This document shows, piece by piece, positions 18,848 to 32,642 of a stretch of 64,000 nt of DNA. The first letter of the stretch is position 1, and each line of letters begins with the position of its first letter. The stretch is from Acidimicrobiia bacterium (GTDB lineage: Bacteria; Actinomycetota; Acidimicrobiia; UBA2766): contig JADZDR010000091.1 of the NCBI GenBank assembly GCA_020850945.1, positions 35,565 to 99,564 on the forward strand. The letters run 5' to 3'. The notes under the pieces were generated by a model. The model was not told the origin of the DNA. It saw nothing but the letters and a program-made list of their open reading frames with translations, and did no database searches. The translations under genes and the position numbers were made by a program.

Positions 18848-19525
18848 CTAGGTCTCCTGCGAGCGGGAGAGCTCCACCACGTCGTCTCCCCGGGCCGCGA
18901 CCACCCGTCTCACCATCGACCCGGGGAAGATGCCGTGCTCGACGATGCCGGGAATCGCCTCGAGCTCGGAGGTGAGCGCGGCCGGGTCGTCGATGCGGCC
19001 GAAACCGGCGTCGAGGATGGGGTTGCCGTTGTCACTCACGACAGGGCGACGGATCACGTCGTCGGCGCCGAGGTCGCGCAGCCGGGTGGCGACGATGTCG
19101 GCCCCGAACTCGAGGACCTCGACGGGCAGGGGGAACGCGCCGAGGTGCGGACACGACTTCGACTCGTCGACGACGACCACGAAGTGATCGGTCATCGACG
19201 CCACGATCTTCTCGCGGGCGAGAGCGCCACCCCCGCCTTTGATCAGGTTGAAGGCGGGGTCGACCTCGTCGGCACCGTCGATCGCGATGTCCAGGGACCC
19301 CACCTCGCCCGGCGTGAGGACCTCGAGCCCGTTCTCGAGGGCCAGCTTCTGCGTCTCGACCGAGGTCGCCACACACATGAGGTGCAGCCCGCGCTCGGCG
19401 AGGGCGAGGATCGTCCACCTCACCGTCGAACCCGTGCCCAGGCCAACCCGCATGCCGTCCTCGACGTATCTTGCCGCGTAGCGGCCGACGGATTGCTTCT
19501 GGCGTTCCTGGTCAGCGTCGTCCAT
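18848..19525 (-). CDS. rpiA: ribose-5-phosphate isomerase A
   Basis: The GLGTGSTV, IDGADEVD and KGGGGAL motifs are present. Confidence 0.85.
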   Translation of the reverse strand: MDDADQERQKQSVGRYAARYVEDGMRVGLGTGSTVRWTILALAERGLHLMCVATSVETQKLALENGLEVLTPGEVGSLDIAIDGADEVDPAFNLIKGGGGALAREKIVASMTDHFVVVVDESKSCPHLGAFPLPVEVLEFGADIVATRLRDLGADDVIRRPVVSDNGNPILDAGFGRIDDPAALTSELEAIPGIVEHGIFPGSMVRRVVAARGDDVVELSRSQET

Positions 19526-19533
19526 GTCGGCGA

Positions 19534-22781
<3,248 letters not shown>

Positions 22782-22782
<1 letters not shown>

Positions 22783-23621
22783 CAGGGTGCCTGTTGGCCG
22801 GGGCTCTGCCCGCCCTCGTTGCCGAGGATCTGCCCGAGGCCGGGGTCCGCCTCTGGATCAACCGGTTCGCCGGTCTCACGCGGTGACTCGGGAGGGACCA
22901 CGGACACCAGCCCGGCATCCCACGAACCGAATCTCGAGTTCACCCACACGTCCTGCCTCCCCGCCCAGACCGAGAACGCCACTTGCGTCATGGACTGCAG
23001 TGACGCCGCCTCGATGCGCAGGAAGGCGAGGAACGCGCCCTGCGCCTCAGGCGGCGAGATCGGCTCCGACACCCCGCCGAGCTCGAGGGCGACGAGTGCA
23101 TCGCCCAGTTCACCGGGAAGTTGGCTCGTGACCTGGTCCTCCAGCAGGCAGAGCTCCTGGAACTGGATGTCGGGGAAGCGCGCTGCGAACTCCTGGCCGA
23201 TCGCGGGCGCATCCCGGGTCGCGGCGATGGCGGCGGCCACGGCCCCTTCGTCACCGCCCATGACGGCGATGGCGCAGACGATGTCGTCCCGCCCCTGCAG
23301 CATGGCCTGGACCTTGGCCGCATCGGGCTGCGGGCCTTGTGGTCCCGGGACGGTGATCTCGGTACCGAACCGTTCGATGAGCAGGTCCCTGATCTGGTTC
23401 GTGAGGACCTGTGCGACAGCGAGCGTGTTGAACGAGCCGGCGATCTGTCCCTGGACGAGGGTGGGGTCACCCTGTTCGGCCAGCAGCTCGTACGTCGCGT
23501 CCTGCTCGACACGTTCGCCGTTCACGCGGGCGGCGGGCGCCTCCGTGCCCGCACAGGCGGAGCCGAGCAGGCCGATCCCGACCACGAGGGCCACCATCGC
23601 CAAGCCACGCACGTGACGCAC
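22782..23621 (-). CDS. putative lipoprotein, hypothetical (occupies the position between mfd and mazG)
   Basis: The signal-like VRHVRGLAMVALVVGIGLLGSAC has a lipobox-like cysteine. The start is uncertain (GTG 23621, GTG 23612 or ATG 23597). The longer ORF would overlap mfd. Confidence 0.55.
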
Positions 23622-23638
23622 ACGCCGATCCGGGGATC

Positions 23639-26600
23639 TCAAGTCAGCTCCTCCAGCAGTGAGATGATCCAATTGCACACGTCTCGTCCCGACACCGCCC
23701 GCTTCCCGCCTGCACCCCTGCTCCGCGCGCGGGGGTCGTCGTAGGGAACGACGGTCTGGCGCAGATCCTCCTTCACGACCGTTCCCTTGTGCATGCGCTC
23801 GAACCTCATTCGCCTCGAACCGACCGGTACGCATGGGGAGAGGCGCACCTGGTCACGGGCGAACACTATCTCCCGCACACCCGAACGCACGGCTGCCGCC
23901 CGCACGCGGCCGGATTCGAGCAGGTTCTCCACACCTTCCGGCAGAGGACCGTAGCGGTCCTCCCACTCGTCGCGCACATCGGCCACCGCCTCCTCCGTGG
24001 TCGCGTCGCCGAGCCGCCGGTACGCCTCGAGCCGCAACGACTCCTTCGGCATGTAGTCGACGGGGATCGCCGTCTCGAGGGGGAGGTCGATGCGCACGGG
24101 CTCGACCTCCTCGACTGCCTCGCCACGCAGCACCGCCACCGCTTCGTTCACGAGCTCGCAGTAGAGGTCGAAGCCCACGGCGGCGATGTGCCCGGACTGG
24201 GCGGGGCCGAGGAGGTTCCCTGCACCGCGCAACTCGAGGTCCCGCATCGCGATCGCGAACCCCGATCCCAGGTCCTGATGCTCGGCGATCACCTTGAGCC
24301 GCTCGTGCGCCTCCTCCGTGAGAACACGGTCAGGTGGATAGAAGAGGTAGGCGTATGCCCGCTGGCGGGCCCGTCCCACCCGGCCCCGCAACTGGTAGAG
24401 CTGGGCGAGGCCGAGCAGATCCGCCCGATCGACGATGAGCGTGTTCGCTCTGGGGATGTCGAGCCCGGATTCGATGATCGTCGTCGCCACGAGGACGTCG
24501 AAGTCCCCGTCCCAGAAGCCGAGCATGATCCTCTCGAGACTGCCCTCGTCCATCTGGCCGTGCGCCACGGCGATGCGTGCCTCGGGGACGAGACGGCGGA
24601 GCTGGGCCGTGACACGGTCTATCGACTGCACGCGGTTGTGGACGTAGAAGACCTGCCCGTCACGCAGGAGCTCACGCCGGATCGCACCCGCGACGGCCTG
24701 CTCGTCGAACTCGCCCACGTAGGTGAGGACTGGCCGGCGGTCCTCGGGCGGCGTGTTCACGACACTCATGTCACGGATGCCTGTGAGGGCGAACTCGAGC
24801 GTGCGGGGAATCGGCGTCGCCGTCATCGTGAGGACGTCGACGCTCGTCCGCAGCTCCTTCACGCGTTCCTTCGCCTTCACACCGAAGCGCTGCTCCTCGT
24901 CGACGACGAGGAGGCCGAGGCGGGGGATCTCGATGTCGTCGGTGAGGAGGCGATGGGTCCCGACGACAGCATCGACGCGGCCCGCCTGCAGGTCGGCCAC
25001 GACGCGCTTCTGCTCGGCGGGTGTGAGGAAGCGCGAGAGCATCTCGACACGGATCGGGAGATCGGCGAACCGCTCCGAGAACGTCTGGTGGTGCTGCTGG
25101 GCGAGGACGGTGGTCGGCACGAGGACGGCTGCCTGCCTGCCGTCGGCGACGGTCTTGAGCACAGCACGCACTGCGATCTCGGTCTTGCCGTAGCCGACGT
25201 CGCCGCACACGAGCCGATCCATCGGAGTCGACCCTTCCATGTCCGCGCCGACCTCGGCGATCGCCCGCGCCTGGTCCGGTGTCTCCTCGTAGGGGAAGGT
25301 CTCGACGAGGCGTTGCATCCACTCCCCGTCCGCACCGTGCGCGTGGCCGTGCGTGGCGAGGCGCTCGCGGTAGAGGCTCACGAGGCCTTCGGCGATCTCG
25401 GCCACAGCCGACCGCACCTTGCCCTTGGTACGCGCCCAGTCCGTCCCGCCCATCCGCGACAGGCGCGGCGTCTCCCCACCCACGTACTTGCGGACGGCAT
25501 CGACCTGGTCAACCGGCACGTAGAGCCGGTCGTGGCCGGCGTAGTGGATCTCGAGGTACTCGCGATCCACCCCGCCGATGCCCCGCGTCACGATGCCCTC
25601 GAACCGGCCCACGCCATGGTGGTAATGGACGACGTGGTCGCCGGGGCGCAGATCGCCGAAGGGTGGGGCCGGCTCGGCGTCACGGCGCATACGCGCCGCG
25701 CTCGGCCTGCGATGCGCCCGCCGGCGCCCCGTCACGTCCGGCTCGGCGACGACGGCGAGACCGAGATCGGCGGAGACGAACCCGCGGGACAGGGGGGCGA
25801 CGGCGATCAAGCCGACCCGGCCGGGATCGACGTCGAGCACTCCCTCGACGGCGCGGAGAGCGAGGCCCTCCTCGACGAGGTGTTCCCGTATCCGCGATCG
25901 TGACCCGATCCCGTCGGCAGCGACGACGACGGTCTGGTCTCTCGCGAGGAGCTCTTTGAGCTGGGCAGCGAGTGCGTCCGCGCGGCCGAGGGCGGGTTCG
26001 ATGCTCCCGCATGCGATCGCCGGCATGTCGGGACCCTCGGGTGCCGGCGGTACCAGCCACACCGGATGGTGGGACCCCTCGAGGGCGTGGGCGGCATCGA
26101 GGAAGAGGTGGGGCAGCTCACGCGGGCCGGGCACCTCTCCCGCTTCCGTGCCGTCTCCCGTACCTGTGACGGCAGCCACCGCCCCGTCTTCACCGGACTC
26201 GGTGTGCTCGTCCGTGATCGCCTCGAGCAGCCCGGCGTGGGGCAGCTCCCACGTGCCGGCCAGGGCGTCGGCGAGGTCCTCCTCCTCGCGCCTCAGGTCG
26301 GTCGCACGGTCGAGACAGCGCTTCGGGTCGAGCACGAGGACGAGGGCGTTCACCGGCAGATGGTCGAGAACCGTGTCACCACCTGTGATCTGTCCGGCCC
26401 CCTCCGGATCGAGCGTGTCATCGACCAGCCACGGCACCCACGACTCCATGCCGGCGAAGAGCTCGCCGTCGGAGATGCGCGTGAGAGCCTCACGTCCGCC
26501 CGGCACGACTCCGGCGAGCCGGGCGGCCCGCGCTCGAACTGCCGTGCCGGGCCGGAACTCACGGCACGGATGGATGGTGGCACCGGCCACCTCCACCACA

Positions 26601-27328
26601 CTGCGTTGGTCGCCGACCGAGAATCGCCGGATCGTGTCGATCTCGTCTCCCCACAGCTCGATGCGCAGCGGCTGCACGTCGGTCGAGGGGAAGACGTCGA
26701 GGATGCCGCCCCGCACGGCGAACTCCCCACGTGACTCGACCATGTACGTGCGTTCGTACCCGATCGACACGAGGTGGCGCTCCACGGCCTCGAGGTCGAC
26801 GCGCGCGCCCCGCGTCAAGGTCAGGGCCGCGTCCTCCACGCTCGCGGGGGCGAGTCGCTGCAGGAGGGCACGGATCGGGAGGAGCGTGAGGGACGGCGGC
26901 GCGTCCGATCCGAACCGGCGGAGGAGGCGCACGCGGTTGCCCATCGTCTCGACGGACGGGCTCACGTGCTCGTAGGGCAGCGTCTCCCATGCCTCGAACA
27001 CCTCGGGCTCGTCGTCGAACGCCGCGATGTCGTGCGCGAGGCGCTCCGCCTCCGCCGCACCCGCGACGACGGTGACGACAGGGCGGCCGAGGAGGCCGGG
27101 CAGAGCGGCAAGCCAGAAGGCACGGATGGCTTCGGGGACGGCGACCGCGAGCGCGGTGCCCTTCTCGGCGGCGGCGACGAGACGCGCCGCGAGCGGATGC
27201 CCACGCCACCTCTCCACGAGGGGGGAGAGAGGCGCGGGTGGGTGACCGGTCACATCCTCGACCGGGGGTGTCTCGACGTGATCTCGTGTCCCGGTTTCCA
27301 AGTCTCTGCCAGGGATCGGGGGCGGCAC
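23639..27328 (-). CDS. mfd: transcription-repair coupling factor Mfd
   Basis: At 1229 aa it has superfamily-2 helicase motifs (GDVGYGKTE, DEEQRFG), a TRCF domain and a CarD-like segment (GDHVVHYHHGVGRF). Confidence 0.95.
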   Translation of the reverse strand: MPPPIPGRDLETGTRDHVETPPVEDVTGHPPAPLSPLVERWRGHPLAARLVAAAEKGTALAVAVPEAIRAFWLAALPGLLGRPVVTVVAGAAEAERLAHDIAAFDDEPEVFEAWETLPYEHVSPSVETMGNRVRLLRRFGSDAPPSLTLLPIRALLQRLAPASVEDAALTLTRGARVDLEAVERHLVSIGYERTYMVESRGEFAVRGGILDVFPSTDVQPLRIELWGDEIDTIRRFSVGDQRSVVEVAGATIHPCREFRPGTAVRARAARLAGVVPGGREALTRISDGELFAGMESWVPWLVDDTLDPEGAGQITGGDTVLDHLPVNALVLVLDPKRCLDRATDLRREEEDLADALAGTWELPHAGLLEAITDEHTESGEDGAVAAVTGTGDGTEAGEVPGPRELPHLFLDAAHALEGSHHPVWLVPPAPEGPDMPAIACGSIEPALGRADALAAQLKELLARDQTVVVAADGIGSRSRIREHLVEEGLALRAVEGVLDVDPGRVGLIAVAPLSRGFVSADLGLAVVAEPDVTGRRRAHRRPSAARMRRDAEPAPPFGDLRPGDHVVHYHHGVGRFEGIVTRGIGGVDREYLEIHYAGHDRLYVPVDQVDAVRKYVGGETPRLSRMGGTDWARTKGKVRSAVAEIAEGLVSLYRERLATHGHAHGADGEWMQRLVETFPYEETPDQARAIAEVGADMEGSTPMDRLVCGDVGYGKTEIAVRAVLKTVADGRQAAVLVPTTVLAQQHHQTFSERFADLPIRVEMLSRFLTPAEQKRVVADLQAGRVDAVVGTHRLLTDDIEIPRLGLLVVDEEQRFGVKAKERVKELRTSVDVLTMTATPIPRTLEFALTGIRDMSVVNTPPEDRRPVLTYVGEFDEQAVAGAIRRELLRDGQVFYVHNRVQSIDRVTAQLRRLVPEARIAVAHGQMDEGSLERIMLGFWDGDFDVLVATTIIESGLDIPRANTLIVDRADLLGLAQLYQLRGRVGRARQRAYAYLFYPPDRVLTEEAHERLKVIAEHQDLGSGFAIAMRDLELRGAGNLLGPAQSGHIAAVGFDLYCELVNEAVAVLRGEAVEEVEPVRIDLPLETAIPVDYMPKESLRLEAYRRLGDATTEEAVADVRDEWEDRYGPLPEGVENLLESGRVRAAAVRSGVREIVFARDQVRLSPCVPVGSRRMRFERMHKGTVVKEDLRQTVVPYDDPRARSRGAGGKRAVSGRDVCNWIISLLEELT

Positions 27329-27344
27329 CTCGGTGTCGCCGCTC

Positions 27345-27938
27345 TCAGTGAAAGGTGTTCTGCGTCGCCTCCACGCCGTGGCTGAGCCAGGAGTCGACGA
27401 CGTCCACCGCCTTCGCGATCGTGATGTCGGCGATGTCCGCCTCGTCGCGCCGGAAGGGCCGGAGCACGAAGTCGGCCGCGTCCATCCTGCCAGGTGGACG
27501 TCCGATCCCGAGTCGCAGCCGCACGAAATCGCGTGTACCGAGCACCCTGCCGACCGAGTTCAGCCCCTGGTGCCCGGCCGTTCCACCGCCGTACTTGAGG
27601 CGCAGTTCGCCGAAAGGCACGTCGAGCTCGTCGTGCACGACGAGGAGGTCCTCAGGGTCGATCGATGTCGCCTTCACGAGGGCCTTCACGCTCTCACCCG
27701 AGAGGTTCATGTAGGTCAGCGGCTTCGCCGCCGTGACACGCAGGTCCCCGATCTGCATGTCGGCCACGAGGGCACGGTGCCTCGACTTGCGCCACGAGCC
27801 CCTGTGGGCGGCGACGAAGGCGTCGGCGACACGGAACCCGACGTTGTGGCGGGTCGGCTCGTACTCGGCTCCCGGGTTGCCGAGTCCGACGACGAGCCTG
27901 TCGGAGGGCTCGGGTGTGGTCTGTCGGGTGAGGCGCAT
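27345..27938 (-). CDS. pth: peptidyl-tRNA hydrolase
   Basis: It has LVVGLGNPGAEYEPTRHNVGF and the overall Pth pattern. Confidence 0.95.
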   Translation of the reverse strand: MRLTRQTTPEPSDRLVVGLGNPGAEYEPTRHNVGFRVADAFVAAHRGSWRKSRHRALVADMQIGDLRVTAAKPLTYMNLSGESVKALVKATSIDPEDLLVVHDELDVPFGELRLKYGGGTAGHQGLNSVGRVLGTRDFVRLRLGIGRPPGRMDAADFVLRPFRRDEADIADITIAKAVDVVDSWLSHGVEATQNTFH

Positions 27939-27950
27939 CGGCGGGGACGA

Positions 27951-28640
27951 TCAGTCCTCGCCGCCCTCCCCGGCGGCCTCCGTCTCGGCAGCTCCCTCGC
28001 CCTCGACGGCCTCGCCCTCTGCTGCCTCGGCCTCGGCCAGAGCTGCTTCCTCCTCTTCGAGCATGCGGCTCGCCGACGTCTGCACGACGCTGACCACTAC
28101 GGTCTCGGGGTCGTTGAGGATCTCGCTGCCGGCCGGCGTGGCGACGTTGCTGACGTGAAGAGACGACCCGAGCTGGAGGTGCGTCACGTCGAGCTCGATG
28201 GACTGCGGCACGTCGATCACGGGTGCCTCGACGCGGATCGTGTTGAGTTGCTGCTGGAGGACACCGCCCTCCTCTTTGACGCCGTGTGCCTCACCGGTGA
28301 GCACGAGCGGGACCTCGGCCGTGACCCGGTCCTCACGTGAGACGGCGATGAAGTCGAGGTGGAGGATCTGGTCGCGGAGGGGGTGACGTGAGATCTGGCG
28401 GGCCATGGCCAGCTGTGCGCCGTCAGCGCCGATGGCGAGGTTGATGAGGACGTTGAGGCCCGCCTCGGTCGCGAGCACGCGGTTCAGGTCGCGGGCTTCG
28501 ACCGCGACCGATTGCACCTCGGTTCCCCCGCCGTAGAGGACCGCGGGCACCTGGCCTGCCCGGCGCAGACGGCGGCATGCGCGTGTGCCGTGCTCTTCGT
28601 CGGTCCGAGGGCGTGCCTCGAGGGTCACTTCCGTGGCCAT
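27951..28640 (-). CDS. rplY: 50S ribosomal protein L25 / general stress protein Ctc
   Basis: The N-terminal [14 protein letters not shown] motif is present, followed by an acidic C-terminal tail. The gene is adjacent to pth. Confidence 0.9.
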   Translation of the reverse strand: MATEVTLEARPRTDEEHGTRACRRLRRAGQVPAVLYGGGTEVQSVAVEARDLNRVLATEAGLNVLINLAIGADGAQLAMARQISRHPLRDQILHLDFIAVSREDRVTAEVPLVLTGEAHGVKEEGGVLQQQLNTIRVEAPVIDVPQSIELDVTHLQLGSSLHVSNVATPAGSEILNDPETVVVSVVQTSASRMLEEEEAALAEAEAAEGEAVEGEGAAETEAAGEGGED

Positions 28641-28777
28641 GCCGGCCTCACTCTTTCTCGCTTGCAGCGGGGGGACAACCTCCCGAGACTAATCTGTGCG
28701 ACCGGGATCCCGAAACGGGACCACGCGAGGACGGCAAGAGTGCCGGCCCCCCGACACCGAGCCGTGAGACCCTGCCC

Positions 28778-29524
28778 ATGACAGCGGACATCCATTTCGG
28801 GATCGACATAGGCGGGTCGGGCATCAAAGGCGCACCCGTGGACGTCACCACCGGAGAGCTCGTCGCGCCCCGCTTCGAACTGCCCACCCCACCCGGTGCC
28901 GAGCCGGCTGCGGTCCGGGACTGCGTGACGGAGATCCTCGACCACTTCGACTGGCCGGGTCCGTTCGGCTGCACCTTCCCGGCAGTCGTGAAAGCGGGGG
29001 TCGTGCGCACGGCGGCGAACGTCTCCCAAGACTGGGTCGGTATGGACTTGACGCAGGAGCTCGACGTGTCGCGTGCCCGCCAGGCAGTCGTCCTCAACGA
29101 TGCGGACGCAGCCGGCCTCGCCGAGATGCGCTTCGGTGCGGGCCGCGACGCGACCGGCACGACACTGCTGCTCACGCTCGGCACGGGTATCGGTTCGGCG
29201 CTGTTCGTCGACGGCACCCTCGTCCCCAACACCGAGCTCGGCCACGTCCCGCTCCACGACGGCGATGCCGAGGCGTACGCCGCCGCCAGTGTCCGCACAC
29301 GTGAGCACCTCGACTACCCGACGTGGGCGGCACGCCTCGAGGAGTACCTGCGCATGGTCACACACCTGTTGTGGCCCGATCTCGTCATCTTGGGGGGCGG
29401 CGTGAGCCGCGACGCCGATGCGTTCATCCCCCTGCTCGCCGTCGACTGCCCGGTCGTGGCGGCGGCGCTCCACAACGACGCCGGGATCGTCGGTGCCGCC
29501 CTGGCCGTGCACGCCGCGGGCTGA
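28778..29524 (+). CDS. ppgK: ROK family polyphosphate glucokinase
   Basis: It has [16 protein letters not shown] and ROK family motifs. The start is trimmed to ATG 28778. Confidence 0.85.
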   Translation: MTADIHFGIDIGGSGIKGAPVDVTTGELVAPRFELPTPPGAEPAAVRDCVTEILDHFDWPGPFGCTFPAVVKAGVVRTAANVSQDWVGMDLTQELDVSRARQAVVLNDADAAGLAEMRFGAGRDATGTTLLLTLGTGIGSALFVDGTLVPNTELGHVPLHDGDAEAYAAASVRTREHLDYPTWAARLEEYLRMVTHLLWPDLVILGGGVSRDADAFIPLLAVDCPVVAAALHNDAGIVGAALAVHAAG

Positions 29525-29536
29525 GGCCCGACCGCC

Positions 29537-30508
29537 TCAGAGCTGGTTCTGGCCGCCGAAGATCTCCGAGACCGACGTGTCCTCGAACACAGCCCGGATC
29601 GCCGCGGCGATGACCGGTGCCACGGAGAGGATCGTGAGTTTGTCGAAGCGCTTCGACTCCGGCACGGGGACGGTGTTCGTCACGACGACCTGCTCGATCG
29701 GTGCGTTCTTGAGACGGTCGATGGCCGGTCCCGAGAAGAGGCCGTGTGTGGCGAGGACGTAGACCTCGGTCGCGCCCTGCGCCTTGAGGAGGTCGATCCC
29801 GCCGCAGATGGTGCCGGCGGTGTCGATCATGTCGTCCACGAGGACCGTGCGCCGCCCCGCCACGTCGCCGACGACGGCGAGGGTTTCGGAGACGTTGTGC
29901 GCCTCGGCACTGCGGCGCTTGTAGAGGATCGCGACGTCGGACTGCAGCATCGACGCGAACTTCTCCGTGACCTTCACGCGACCTGCATCCGGCGAGACGA
30001 TCACGACGTCGCCGACGATCTCACGCCTCACCCATTCGGCGAGGAGGGGCAGTGCCGTGAGGTGGTCGAAGGGCATGTCGAAGAAACCCTGGATCTGTCC
30101 CGTGTGCAGATCGACGGACATGACGCGGTCCACGCCGGCCGCGGAGAGCATGTCCGCCATCATGCGGGCCGCGATCGGCTCGCGTGAGATCGCCTTGCGG
30201 TCCTGCCGGCTGTAGCCGTAGTAGGGGATGACCGCCGTGATGCGCTTCGCCGATGCCCGCTTGAGCGCGTCGATCATGAGGAGTTGCTCCATGATCATCT
30301 CGTTCACGGGGTCGGAGTGCGTCTGCACGACGAACACGTCGGCGCCCCGCACGCTCTCCTCGAAGCGGCAGTAGAGCTCTCCGTTCGCGAAGGTGGAGAG
30401 AGCGACGTGACCGAGCGGCTGCTTGAGGTGGGCGGCGAGATCCTGCGCGAGCTCGGGATTCGACCTGCCCGAGAAGAGCAGGAGCGTGCGCTTCGTGGGT
30501 ATCTCCAC
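29537..30508 (-). CDS. prs: ribose-phosphate pyrophosphokinase
   Basis: It has the full-length PRPP synthetase pattern (DLHTGQIQGFF, VLVDDMIDTAGT). Confidence 0.95.
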   Translation of the reverse strand: MEIPTKRTLLLFSGRSNPELAQDLAAHLKQPLGHVALSTFANGELYCRFEESVRGADVFVVQTHSDPVNEMIMEQLLMIDALKRASAKRITAVIPYYGYSRQDRKAISREPIAARMMADMLSAAGVDRVMSVDLHTGQIQGFFDMPFDHLTALPLLAEWVRREIVGDVVIVSPDAGRVKVTEKFASMLQSDVAILYKRRSAEAHNVSETLAVVGDVAGRRTVLVDDMIDTAGTICGGIDLLKAQGATEVYVLATHGLFSGPAIDRLKNAPIEQVVVTNTVPVPESKRFDKLTILSVAPVIAAAIRAVFEDTSVSEIFGGQNQL

Positions 30509-30599
30509 GGGACCCTCCGGTTACGTCACGGCCTTGTGCCCCCACGGTACCCGCCCCGACCCCGCTTTGGAAGAAACGGGCCGCGCCCTCGGCGCGTCC

Positions 30600-32000
30600 T
30601 CACCCGTCCCCGTCCACGTCGCCCTCGGCAGGGGGCCGGTTGCGCGCCACCCAGCCTTCGTCGTTGCGGGCAGGCACGCCCTTGGCCATCCCGCCCGCCG
30701 GGACGTCCTGCGTGACGACGGCACCTGCTCCCGTGTAGGAGCCCTCCCCCACCTCGACCGGTGCCACGAGCAGGGTCCCCGACCCGGTGCGCACCCCGTC
30801 GCGGACCACGGTCTTGTGCTTGGCGACACCGTCGAAGTTGCACGTGATCGTGTTCGCGCCGAGGTTCACGTCGGCTCCGATCTCGCAGTCACCGACGTAG
30901 GAGAGGTGCGGCACCTTCGAGCCTGGTCCCACGACGGACTTCTTCAACTCGACGAATGTCCCGATCTTGGCGTCCGGACCGATGGTGTTCTCGGGACGCA
31001 GCGACGCGTACGGGCCGATCTCGCACCGATCGAGGATGCGGCTCTCGCGGACCACGCAGTGGGAGAGGCAGCAGTCGGCACCGATCGCGGAGTCGACGAT
31101 CCGCACGTCGGGGCCGAGGCGCGTACCCGACTCGACATGGGTGTTGCCCGCGAGGTGGCTGCTCGCGAGGATCGTGACGTCCGGGTCCAGGGTCACGTCG
31201 GCATCGATGTAGGTGCAGTCGGGATCCTGCATCGTGACCCCCGATCGCATCCAGTGCTCGTTGATGCGGCGCCGCATGCGGCGCTCCGCCTCGGCGAGGT
31301 GCACGCGGTCGTTCACGCCGAGCACCTCGAACTCGTCGACACGCAGGCTGTCGACGTCGGGCAGGAGGGCCTCGACGGCGTCGGGGAGGTACATCTCACC
31401 CTGGGCATTGTCGGGGCTGATCCGATCCACGACCGCACGCAGGCGCTGTTCGTCGAACACGTAGGTGCTGACAGCGACCTCGTTGATGCGCGCCTGCTCG
31501 TCGCTGCAGTCGGCATGTTCGACGATGCGCACGACCTCGCCGCCCATGTGGCGCACGACACGGCCGTATCCCGACGGGTCGGTGACCTCGGCCGTGAGCA
31601 CGGTCACGGCCGTGTCGTCCTTGTCGTGGATCTCGACCATGCGGTGCAACGTCTCGGGGCCGACAAGGGGCATGTCGCCGGGCAGCACGACGAGATCCCG
31701 CTCGCCGGGCGTGAGCGCGGCGAGCGCCTCACGGGCGGCGTCTCCGGTCCCGAGCTGGTGCTCCTGGCGCACGGGCCGTACAGGCACGCCGAAGTCGTAC
31801 GACGCGACCTCGGCCTCGACGCGTGCAGCACCGTGACCGACGACGACCAGCACCTCTGCCGCGCCTGCCTCGACCGCCGCCCGCGCGACCCAGCTCAACA
31901 TCGTGCGTCCGCACACGGTGTGGAGCACCTTGGGCAGCGACGACTTCATGCGCGTCCCCTGGCCGGCTGCCAGGATGATGCTGACGAATGGTTTGGGCAC
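30600..32000 (-). CDS. glmU: bifunctional GlcNAc-1-phosphate uridyltransferase / glucosamine-1-phosphate acetyltransferase
   Basis: It has ILAAGQGTRMKS plus C-terminal left-handed beta-helix hexapeptide repeats. The start is trimmed to GTG 32000 because the longest ORF start (32057) would overlap tRNA-Gln. Confidence 0.9.
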   Translation of the reverse strand: MPKPFVSIILAAGQGTRMKSSLPKVLHTVCGRTMLSWVARAAVEAGAAEVLVVVGHGAARVEAEVASYDFGVPVRPVRQEHQLGTGDAAREALAALTPGERDLVVLPGDMPLVGPETLHRMVEIHDKDDTAVTVLTAEVTDPSGYGRVVRHMGGEVVRIVEHADCSDEQARINEVAVSTYVFDEQRLRAVVDRISPDNAQGEMYLPDAVEALLPDVDSLRVDEFEVLGVNDRVHLAEAERRMRRRINEHWMRSGVTMQDPDCTYIDADVTLDPDVTILASSHLAGNTHVESGTRLGPDVRIVDSAIGADCCLSHCVVRESRILDRCEIGPYASLRPENTIGPDAKIGTFVELKKSVVGPGSKVPHLSYVGDCEIGADVNLGANTITCNFDGVAKHKTVVRDGVRTGSGTLLVAPVEVGEGSYTGAGAVVTQDVPAGGMAKGVPARNDEGWVARNRPPAEGDVDGDG

Positions 32001-32046
32001 CGTTCCCGTCCGTTCGGTACGTCCTGCCCGGACCGTCTCCGGGTCG

Positions 32047-32117
32047 CTCCGGGGCAAGGACTCGAACCCTGACCTTGGGGACCAAAACCCCGCGTGCTGC
32101 CATTACACCACCCCGGA
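32047..32117 (-). tRNA. tRNA-Gln (anticodon TTG)
   Basis: The reverse complement folds as acceptor TCCGGGG/CCCCGGA, a D-region GTGTAATGGCAGCAC, an anticodon loop TTTTGGT and a T-arm CAGGG-TTCGAGT-CCTTG. It sits upstream of glmU, as in other Actinobacteria. There is one C:A mismatch at the base of the anticodon stem. Confidence 0.85.
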
Positions 32118-32207
32118 TCAGGTGACCCGGCGATGCTACCTGGGTCGATGCACCCCCAGCGGGCGAATGCGCGGTGGTAGCGTGGCCCGACACAACCTGG
32201 AGGTCGG

Positions 32208-32582
32208 GTGACCGAGGACCACGGATTCGACACGATTGCCCGGGCATGGGAGCGGGTCTTCGAGGACGTCGTCGCGATGGGTTCGCGCGTGGCGGACATC
32301 TACAGGAGCGCGTACGAGGCCGAGCGGGCGAGTCGCCCCGAAGAGGTCGAGGCCGAGGAGGGCGATCGCATGCGTGACGTCTCCCAGACGGTCGAGCTGT
32401 CACTGCGGGCAGCCCGCGACACCTTCGAGGAGGTGAGCCGGCGGGCGACGGCGAGCGAGCGCCCACGCGAGCTCACGCGGGAGATCGAGGACGCCGTGGC
32501 CGTGAGCCTGAGCGAGGTGGGCAGCGCCCTCCAGCGTCTGTCGGACCAGATCGGCCGAGACCGCGACGAGTCCTCCGCCTGA
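32208..32582 (+). CDS. hypothetical acidic, helical protein (124 aa)
   Basis: A GTG start is preceded by GGAGG. Composition is coding-like (MTEDHGFDTIARAWERVFEDVVAMG...). I recognise no family. Confidence 0.5.
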   Translation: MTEDHGFDTIARAWERVFEDVVAMGSRVADIYRSAYEAERASRPEEVEAEEGDRMRDVSQTVELSLRAARDTFEEVSRRATASERPRELTREIEDAVAVSLSEVGSALQRLSDQIGRDRDESSA

Positions 32583-32642
32583 CGGCACCCGTCCTTCCCG
32601 ACCGACTTCCCAGGCCTGGGCCCCAAGACCCCCCCCTCCAAC

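Noticed and set aside
23789-25903. 704-aa plus-strand ORF, and similar long ORFs at 5951..7012(-), 14917..16050(-), 17005..18423(-), 19977..21221(+), 30423..32072(+), 37371..38786(+), 41341..42603(-), 43803..45011(+), 45643..47769(-), 48966..51101(+), 51930..53498(+), 54752..56176(-), 58301..59224(+)
   Set aside because: All are antisense to or out of frame with genes that have clear family signatures. Their composition is dominated by R, G, P, D, E and H, as expected for non-coding frames in GC-rich DNA.
30509-30599. Small hairpin CGCGCC-CTC-GGCGCG between glmU and prs as an intrinsic terminator
   Set aside because: The stem is short (6 bp), the downstream T-run on the transcribed strand is interrupted (GTTTCTT), and glmU-prs are usually co-transcribed. 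The evidence is insufficient.
32001-32057. Longest-ORF start of glmU
   Set aside because: It would overlap tRNA-Gln (32047..32117) on the same strand. GTG 32000, just before the conserved ILAAGQGTRM motif, is preferred.
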